A stretch of 12,990 nucleotides of DNA from Candidatus Thorarchaeota archaeon SMTZ1-45 (GTDB taxonomy: Archaea > Asgardarchaeota > Thorarchaeia > Thorarchaeales > Thorarchaeaceae), in the NCBI GenBank assembly GCA_001563335.1, contig LRSL01000094.1, positions 1-12,990 of the forward strand, written 5' to 3'. Positions within the stretch are counted from its first letter, which is position 1. Every line of letters begins with the position of its first letter. Shown piece after piece: positions 6,944 through 12,990 of this stretch. The notes beneath the pieces are model-generated. The model was not told where the DNA came from. It worked only from the letters and a program-made list of their open reading frames with translations, and ran no database searches. A program made the translations under genes and the position numbers.

Positions 6944-7720
6944 ATGCAGAGTGACATTGTCATATCAACTGAAGGGCTTACAAAGATTTTCGAGAGAGGA
7001 AAGAAGAGAGAAGTGGTCGCCCTCGACAGCGTCGACCTAGAGATAAGACGCGGAGAGGTCTTTGGACTCCTGGGACCCAATGGCGCTGGAAAGACAACTC
7101 TCATCCGCATCTTAGTTGGACTACTCACGCCTACTGAAGGTTCAGCCAAGGTCCTTGGGAGAGATGTGGTCGAGGAGATTGATGAGATTAGGGAGAAGGT
7201 TGCACTCTTGCCTCAGGAGGCGGGCGTTTACGACAGGCTCACAGCACGTGAAAACTTAGTCTACTACGGAGGTCTCTATGGTATTTCAGAGGAGGCTTTG
7301 AACAAACGTGCAGATGACCTGCTAGACTTGGTAGGATTGCGTGATCGAGAGGACTATCAGGTCAAAGGTTTCAGTGGGGGAATGAAACGGAAGGTCCTTG
7401 TCGCTCGAGCGTTAATCATCGAACCAGAGATAGTCTTCATGGATGAACCGACCACGGGTGTGGACACACTTGGGGCACGGGTTGTTCGGAATGTTCTGAG
7501 GAGGCTCAGCTCTGAGGAGAAGCGGACAATAATTCTTACTACTCACGATCTCAATGAGGTTTCTGAGCTATGTGATAGAGTGGGGATTCTAAACGAGGGC
7601 AAGCTGGTGGCAGTAGGAAAACCCAGTGAGCTTGAGGAGAAGTTCAAGGCTGCAAATCTAGAGGAAGTTTTCACCGGTCTTGTAACTGGTGAGGGTGTCT
7701 ATGGAGGTGTTGATAGATGA
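6944..7720 (+). CDS. ABC transporter ATP-binding protein (ABC-2/DrrA/NatA-like exporter)
   Basis: Walker A GPNGAGKTT, Q-loop LPQE, signature FSGGM, Walker B IVFMDEP, H-loop LTTH. Confidence 0.96.
   Translation: MQSDIVISTEGLTKIFERGKKREVVALDSVDLEIRRGEVFGLLGPNGAGKTTLIRILVGLLTPTEGSAKVLGRDVVEEIDEIREKVALLPQEAGVYDRLTARENLVYYGGLYGISEEALNKRADDLLDLVGLRDREDYQVKGFSGGMKRKVLVARALIIEPEIVFMDEPTTGVDTLGARVVRNVLRRLSSEEKRTIILTTHDLNEVSELCDRVGILNEGKLVAVGKPSELEEKFKAANLEEVFTGLVTGEGVYGGVDR
7703..7709 (+). promoter_or_regulatory. Shine-Dalgarno site for the ABC permease
   Basis: GGAGGTG 7 nt before ATG 7717; ATGA start/stop overlap with the ATPase gene. Confidence 0.7.
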
Positions 7721-8919
7721 AGATACCCGCCCTTAATGTGAAGACAGTCTGGATGCTCAAGAAGGAGATTAAGGAGGTCCTACGTTCACGCTGGCTCATC
7801 CTCGGATTCATCATTAGCCCAATGTTTGCCTGGTTCTTCCAGGGAGCGTTCCTGTCGTTCATTGTTGCTCAGACCTCTGAGGAGCCAGAGATGGTCTATA
7901 TCACGATTGAGGATGATGGGGTATGGGGAAGAACACTCTATGAACAAATATACGCAAACAGGGCAATATTACTCATTGACCCACTTGTAAATGTTACAAG
8001 AGCAGAGGGAGAAGCATTAGTTGCAGAAAAGACGGTATCAGTGTGGGTTTGGGTACCTGAAAACTTCACAGTCGAGTTAAATACTACAACCACCAGTACC
8101 ATGGTCATTTGGGTGAATTCAGGTAACTTCAGAGCCCAGGCGGCAGCAGCTCGACTTGACAGATTTTCCAGGGATGTGATAGATTCTTTCATTGTGATTC
8201 GGGATTTAAATGTAAATTGGTATACAATATCACCAGAGGCTAATTATGGACACTCGTTAGCGATATTTCTTGTCATGCTCACATCAGTACTCGCACCAGC
8301 ACCATATGTAGGAAGGTCCTTTGCTGGGGAGCGGGAGAAACATACTCTAGAGGCACTTCTGGTCGTGCCAATGAGTCGGCTCAAAATACTTGGCTCAAAG
8401 CTTGCAGCAGGACTTATCCTTCTCTTGATCTATTCATTATTCACTGCAGTTGGCATCCTTACCTACAACCTCTCGATTATACTGAGGGTTGCTAACTATC
8501 CCCCAGATATAAGAGACCTCAATATCAACATCTATACAGTGAATGTACAAACAATACCCCTCATTATATTCTGCCAGTTGCTTGTCCTCCTGTGCGCTAT
8601 AGGGATTGGAATCGTCATTTCATGCCTGGCAAAAGACCAGGCAACAGCTGAGTCTGTCAACAATATGGTCATGTTGGTTCCTACCTTTGTGATTGGAATT
8701 CTAGGCTTTACTGGGAGTATCCTACAGTATAGTGGTGCTTTTGGATTCTTTATCCTGGCAATCCCATTCACTCACGCGATCCTGTTCCTTAATGCGGTTC
8801 TGAGTGGAGTTGGTACTCCAATTGGACTTCTTGGGAATGTGGCATATTTGATAGGATTCACAGTGGTATTCCTGATAATTGGTGCAAAGCTCTTTGAGCG
8901 GGAGGCGATCATCAACTAG
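7717..8919 (+). CDS. ABC-2 type transporter permease (NatB-like)
   Basis: KKEIKEVLR followed by TM1, a large extracellular loop with sequons (NVT, NFT, NTT), the motif FAGEREKHTLEALLVVPMSR..ILGSK, and about 5 further TM helices. Coupled to the ATPase gene. Confidence 0.92.
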   Translation: MKIPALNVKTVWMLKKEIKEVLRSRWLILGFIISPMFAWFFQGAFLSFIVAQTSEEPEMVYITIEDDGVWGRTLYEQIYANRAILLIDPLVNVTRAEGEALVAEKTVSVWVWVPENFTVELNTTTTSTMVIWVNSGNFRAQAAAARLDRFSRDVIDSFIVIRDLNVNWYTISPEANYGHSLAIFLVMLTSVLAPAPYVGRSFAGEREKHTLEALLVVPMSRLKILGSKLAAGLILLLIYSLFTAVGILTYNLSIILRVANYPPDIRDLNINIYTVNVQTIPLIIFCQLLVLLCAIGIGIVISCLAKDQATAESVNNMVMLVPTFVIGILGFTGSILQYSGAFGFFILAIPFTHAILFLNAVLSGVGTPIGLLGNVAYLIGFTVVFLIIGAKLFEREAIIN

Positions 8920-10310
8920 CGAACAAGCCATTTTGGCTTGTTTTCTATACCTGCTCGCTCCATCAAGGCAACACTATGTTCCCTAGCATTCTCCATGACG
9001 GTCTGTTCATCAAGAGTCAGAAGATGTTTGTCTTGCATGAGGATTCTACCATTCACAATCACTGTATCGACATACTCACCATTACCGGAATAGACCAGAT
9101 TTGAGACAGGATTAGTATGTGGCGTCAGACCCAACTCGTGTAAGTTGATGAGAATAATATCTGCAATCTTGCCTTTTTCTAGCGACCCAACCCTGTCATG
9201 AATTCCCATAGCAACTGCACCTCCAAGCGTAGCCATTTCAATTGCATCCTCAGCTGTAACAACTAAGGGGTCATTGACGTACGACTTGTGGATCAGTGCC
9301 GCAAGGCGCATTTCCCGAATCATGTCATATGTATTGTTTGAGGGACCGCCATCGCAACCTAGAGACACAGGCACTCCAGCCTGAAGCATCTGTGGGACCT
9401 TGGCGAAACCGGATGCCAGTTTCATGTTGCTGGCTGGACAATGGCTGATGTTTGACTTGCTATCAGCAAGGACCTTGAGTTCAGAGTCTTCGAAATGAAT
9501 ACCGTGGGCAAACACCATGTCTGGACCAAGAAGATCATGTTGACGAGCAAAAGTAGTAAGATTTGTGCCAAAGTTTTCCCTAACATATCGGACATCATCA
9601 ATAACCTCACCAAGGTGCATAGTCATTCTCGTCGGTTTCTCACGAGTTCTTCTTGCTACATCTTTGAACAGCTCTGGTGTTACAGCACCAAGTGAACGTA
9701 GTCCATACCATACTTGTATCCGACCATTGGCTTTTCCATGCCACTTCCTATACATCTCATCAGTTTCGTTCAAGCCAGCTTCAGCATCTTCGACCATGCC
9801 AGGATACATAATGTCAGCACTATCTGCATATCCTGTAGAATCCATAATAATCTTGGAGAGAGCTCCTCGCATCCCTACTCTTTCAACAGCCTTCGCAATC
9901 CCATCAAAGCCATATCTTGTGTGTATCATACATTCTATGAAGGAGGTTGTCCCAGTTCTAATCATCTCAGCCATACACAGCTCTGCAGAAACTCGACCAT
10001 CATCCTTTGTGAAATTGCCTTGAAGGACCCAGACATATTTCTTGAGCCAGTCAACCAAAGAAACATCATCAGCACAACCTCTGATGAGCGCTTGTGCAAG
10101 ATGTGTGTGAGTGTCAATAAGTCCGGGCATGACTATCTTGTTACTGGCGTCGATAACTAGGTCAGCTTTCTGACCTTTGAGCTCCTTAGTCTTTCCAATA
10201 TCTAAGATGGTATCGTTCTCAATATAGAGGGACCCTTTTTCGATAATCTCACGTTTTGAATTTAGAGTGAGAATGTAACCGTTCTTTATGAGAATTGATT
10301 TGGGTTGCAA
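8916..10310 (-). CDS. Amidohydrolase superfamily deaminase (cog0402; Atz/Trz/MtaD/GuaD-like)
   Basis: MPGLIDTHTH (HxH), GTTSF, MHLGE (HxxE), FAHG, SHCPASNMKLASG, LGCDG and GSLEKGKIADII. TTG start supported by GGAGG. Confidence 0.93.
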   Translation of the reverse strand: MQPKSILIKNGYILTLNSKREIIEKGSLYIENDTILDIGKTKELKGQKADLVIDASNKIVMPGLIDTHTHLAQALIRGCADDVSLVDWLKKYVWVLQGNFTKDDGRVSAELCMAEMIRTGTTSFIECMIHTRYGFDGIAKAVERVGMRGALSKIIMDSTGYADSADIMYPGMVEDAEAGLNETDEMYRKWHGKANGRIQVWYGLRSLGAVTPELFKDVARRTREKPTRMTMHLGEVIDDVRYVRENFGTNLTTFARQHDLLGPDMVFAHGIHFEDSELKVLADSKSNISHCPASNMKLASGFAKVPQMLQAGVPVSLGCDGGPSNNTYDMIREMRLAALIHKSYVNDPLVVTAEDAIEMATLGGAVAMGIHDRVGSLEKGKIADIILINLHELGLTPHTNPVSNLVYSGNGEYVDTVIVNGRILMQDKHLLTLDEQTVMENAREHSVALMERAGIENKPKWLVR

Positions 10311-10319
10311 GAGCTGTGG

Positions 10320-10324
10320 CCTCC
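10320..10324 (-). promoter_or_regulatory. Shine-Dalgarno site for the amidohydrolase
   Basis: GGAGG on the minus strand, 9 nt upstream of TTG 10310. Confidence 0.65.
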
Positions 10325-10377
10325 ATGCAGAAGAAGTATCCGCTCTCGCGTGTCATAACACTTACGGTATATTCAGA

Positions 10378-12177
10378 CTAATCAGCAATCTGGAATTTGA
10401 TCTCTATTTTCAGACCTTGGTCCGCCTTACCCTTTACTCTATCCTTCACTTCGGGTGAACATCCATACTTCTCAGCAAGTCTTCTGACAAGGTGAAGTCC
10501 AACTCCACCATATCGACGAGTGGGTTCAAAGAGCTCTGATTTTTTGTCATCACTCAATCCAGGACCATTGTCAGACACACTCAGCAAGAATGTCTTACCT
10601 GAGACCTTGCCTTTGACTTGTACTACTTTCTTGTCATCAGACATAGGATTGTGAACAACAGCATTCTCTAGCAGATTCCAGACCAGTTGGCTCAATGCTT
10701 GATCAGCAAGCACCATAGTCTTGGGAGGAAGTTTTCCAGTATCCACCCGCACACCTCGCTGTTTGAACAACAACTCAGACTCTGCACTAATCACGTAACT
10801 AATATCTACAGGACTGAGAGGTTCTGTCTTTGCTTCTTCTGCCTTACGAACCTTCTGAATAAGCTCGAGGCATCGAAGAGCACCATCCATAACATATCTT
10901 TTTGATCTCATAATCTGTTCAGGTGATGAGTCCTTCTCAAGAAAGTCACCACCAGCCAGAATCAGTTGCAGTTGATTCCCAATATCATGGAGTAGCAAGT
11001 CAAGAAGGAAGTATATCTCAACCTCCGCCTTTTTCATCTCAGAGATGTCAGTAAAAATTGCTATACTGCCCAAGAATTCACCGTCAGGACCAAGAAATGG
11101 TGATGCTGAAACCATAACTGGAATAGTCCCTCCAGATTTGTGCTTGAGCATAGCCTCATAATGCTCTATCTTCCCCTTTTTACGCTCCTCCATTTTTTCA
11201 TGCACTCTGTTCTCTGTCCATCCATGGAGTATTTCAGTGATAGGGATTCCGATTAGAGTCTGAGGGTCATCACAGCCCATCATTTTGCATAATGCATCAT
11301 TGGCGAGAACCATTACACCATCAGCATTGTCTACACCCAGTCCAGAGTCCATTGTTTCAATAAGTGACCGGTATCTATGCTCGCTCTCTCGCAGGGCATA
11401 TGCACTTCTTTTCTCATCAGTAATGTCAATAAGTTGAGCTACTGTCTTTATCTGACCATCACGGCTTCTTATTGTTCCAACATTCATTCGAATATCCACA
11501 ACTTCACCATCTTTACGGACCACTTTGAACTCATAGACAGAGGGAACACTCTCACCCTTTTGCCTTCTAACGTATCTCTCTGCTACCAAATCTAGACTAT
11601 CGGGATGTAAGAACTCTCTAAAGTCATGGCCGAGGAGTTCACTTCGACGACGACCAAGAATGTCACACATTTTATCGTTGACGTACTCAAACTTGTAATC
11701 ATTACCAACAATGATGATACCACTGAAGCTATAGTAGTCCACTAAAAACTCTAGAATTTCTTTCCGATCTAGTACTTTTTCTTCTGCAGCTACTCTTCGA
11801 CTTAAATCGATGATATATACAACAAACCCAACAACATTGCCATTTTGAACTACTCTATCAGTATATACCTGAGTAGGGACTCTCACCCTGTCACCACGAA
11901 CCACACGCAATGAGATTGAGGTCGGAGTTTCACCGTTGCTCAGTAGTTCGAGACCTTGATCTACCAAATCCTGCTGTTCTGGAGCAACAAGATCATGGAC
12001 TGTGACTCCCTTCTCGAGCGCACGGTCATCAAGTTTCAGTAGATCGAGGGCTGCACGATTTGCATAGTGGAGAATAAACTCCAAATCGAACTCGAGAACA
12101 GGAATATGCATGGAGTCAGCTACTTCTCTAAATGACTTCCTATCAGGGGACACCTTTCGCTCATAAGAATCTCTCAT
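10378..12177 (-). CDS. Cytoplasmic PAS-domain sensor histidine kinase (3 PAS + H-box + HATPase)
   Basis: Three PAS repeats (YANRAALDLL; YVNDKMCDILG..ELLG.DFREFLHPD; LANDALCKMMG). H-box LLLHDIGNQLQ, N-box NLLENAVVH, G1 DNGPG, F-box LFEP, G2 GGVGL. No TM helix. Confidence 0.93.
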   Translation of the reverse strand: MRDSYERKVSPDRKSFREVADSMHIPVLEFDLEFILHYANRAALDLLKLDDRALEKGVTVHDLVAPEQQDLVDQGLELLSNGETPTSISLRVVRGDRVRVPTQVYTDRVVQNGNVVGFVVYIIDLSRRVAAEEKVLDRKEILEFLVDYYSFSGIIIVGNDYKFEYVNDKMCDILGRRRSELLGHDFREFLHPDSLDLVAERYVRRQKGESVPSVYEFKVVRKDGEVVDIRMNVGTIRSRDGQIKTVAQLIDITDEKRSAYALRESEHRYRSLIETMDSGLGVDNADGVMVLANDALCKMMGCDDPQTLIGIPITEILHGWTENRVHEKMEERKKGKIEHYEAMLKHKSGGTIPVMVSASPFLGPDGEFLGSIAIFTDISEMKKAEVEIYFLLDLLLHDIGNQLQLILAGGDFLEKDSSPEQIMRSKRYVMDGALRCLELIQKVRKAEEAKTEPLSPVDISYVISAESELLFKQRGVRVDTGKLPPKTMVLADQALSQLVWNLLENAVVHNPMSDDKKVVQVKGKVSGKTFLLSVSDNGPGLSDDKKSELFEPTRRYGGVGLHLVRRLAEKYGCSPEVKDRVKGKADQGLKIEIKFQIAD

Positions 12178-12354
12178 AGTCCCACATCGATGTCCATTGC
12201 TAACTCCAAACCGCGCAGTTGGTAGTATTGGGCATCTGGTTCGACGAAAAGTGTGTTCATATATTTTAGTTAGATGTATTCGACCAAAGGCAACAACTTA
12301 AAGTGGCAAGTGATAAAATGAGCGGGTTGAAAATTCAATCGGAGAGACTGCCTA

Positions 12355-12846
12355 TTGAAGAGCTTCCTTGCAATTGACCTCCATAAATGCACTGGCTGTA
12401 GAAACTGTGAGTTGGCCTGTTCTGCTAAAAATGTCAAATCGTTCAATCCAAGAAGGTCGAGAATTCAGATTCTCAAGGACGAACCAAGAAACCTCATGGT
12501 CCCAATGGTTTGTCTTCAGTGTGAGGAGCCACTCTGTGAACAAGATTGTCCAACTGGTGCAATTTCCTATAATGAGAAAGGAACTTTGTTTGTCAATAGT
12601 GATGTGTGTATTGGTTGCATGAATTGCGTGACAGCATGTGTCTACGGAGGAATTGAGATTGATCCAAAGACATTGAAGGCTGTGAAGTGTGATTTGTGCT
12701 GGGGAGACCCTGCATGTATCAAAGCTTGTGATTATGGAGCGATTAGTCTTGTCGAAGCTGGAAAAGAGGGTTACAAAGCAAGAAGAGAGGGTATAGATCT
12801 TGCCTTTCAAACAATTGGGATGACAACTGGGGAGGTGGTTGAGTGA
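12355..12846 (+). CDS. Four-cluster [4Fe-4S] electron-transfer protein (DmsB/HydN/CooF-like), likely small subunit of the adjacent AOR
   Basis: 16 Cys in four groups: CTGCRNCELAC, CLQCEEPLCEQDC, CIGCMNCVTAC, CDLC..PACIKAC. TTG start with GGAG at 12341-12344. Confidence 0.93.
   Translation: MKSFLAIDLHKCTGCRNCELACSAKNVKSFNPRRSRIQILKDEPRNLMVPMVCLQCEEPLCEQDCPTGAISYNEKGTLFVNSDVCIGCMNCVTACVYGGIEIDPKTLKAVKCDLCWGDPACIKACDYGAISLVEAGKEGYKARREGIDLAFQTIGMTTGEVVE
12831..12836 (+). promoter_or_regulatory. Shine-Dalgarno site for the AOR gene
   Basis: GGAGGT 6 nt before GTG 12843. Confidence 0.7.
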
Positions 12847-12990
12847 CATTCCCATACAAAGGATACGCGGGATATTACCTAGACATAGACCTTACAAAAG
12901 GCAAGGTGCACAAGAAAGAGCTGGAAAAAGATTGGGCAAGACTCTACTTGGGTGGCAGTGGAGTTGCTGCAAAGATTTTATGGGAAAGGA
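12843..12990 (+). CDS. aor: Aldehyde:ferredoxin oxidoreductase (AOR/WOR) family protein, N-terminal 49 aa; runs off the window edge
   Basis: Not in the ORF track. Manual translation MTFPYKGYAGYYLDIDLTKGKVHKKELEKDWARLYLGGSGVAAKILWER matches the AOR N-terminus (GYxG..L.IDL......YLGG.G). GTGA overlap with the Fe-S gene stop. Confidence 0.9.
   Translation, partial: MTFPYKGYAGYYLDIDLTKGKVHKKELEKDWARLYLGGSGVAAKILWER

Noticed and set aside
12184-12193. Perfect 10-bp palindrome ACATCGATGT just upstream of the kinase start
   Set aside because: Palindromes with 5-bp arms are expected several times in 13 kb, and no second copy was noticed.
12232-12286. GGTTCGA resembling a tRNA T-loop, with a second TTCGAC 39 bp later
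   Set aside because: There is no pairing T-stem or cloverleaf, and a 6-bp repeat is within chance expectation.
755-12855. Numerous short alternative-frame and antisense ORFs in the track (e.g. 1004..1381, 2117..2452, 4832..5275, 9565..10023, 9714..10160, 12352..12855)
   Set aside because: All lie mostly or wholly within well-supported genes and show no recognisable motifs; they are shadow ORFs.
1-12990. CRISPR arrays, rRNA/tRNA, transposases, integrases, defence systems
   Set aside because: No periodic repeats or relevant protein motifs were seen, and intergenic gaps are all under about 180 bp.

Overview
Gene-dense archaeal chromosomal segment. Evidence for archaeal origin: TATA-like boxes about 30 nt upstream of starts, an archaeal long-form PflX radical SAM protein, a soluble multi-PAS kinase and an AOR operon. 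The gene style suggests Asgard/Thorarchaeia, but that is inference only. There are 15 CDS, two of them truncated by the window edges and absent from the ORF track. Minus-strand block (read right to left): full-length but motif-degenerate transcarbamylase-fold protein, PflX-type radical SAM, orphan hypC, a membrane protein, then a nucleotidyltransferase / OB-fold membrane protein / YdjM-like hydrolase operon. Plus-strand block: purB, a conserved hypothetical, an ABC-2 ATPase and its permease. These are followed by a cog0402-type amidohydrolase and a 3xPAS histidine kinase (minus), divergent from a 4x[4Fe-4S] protein plus aldehyde:ferredoxin oxidoreductase (plus). No RNA genes, CRISPR arrays or mobile elements were seen. 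The most notable item is an intact YgeW/OTC-like gene that has lost nearly all carbamoyl-phosphate-binding motifs (candidate pseudoenzyme). It lies head-to-head with purB across a short spacer containing a 13-bp direct repeat.
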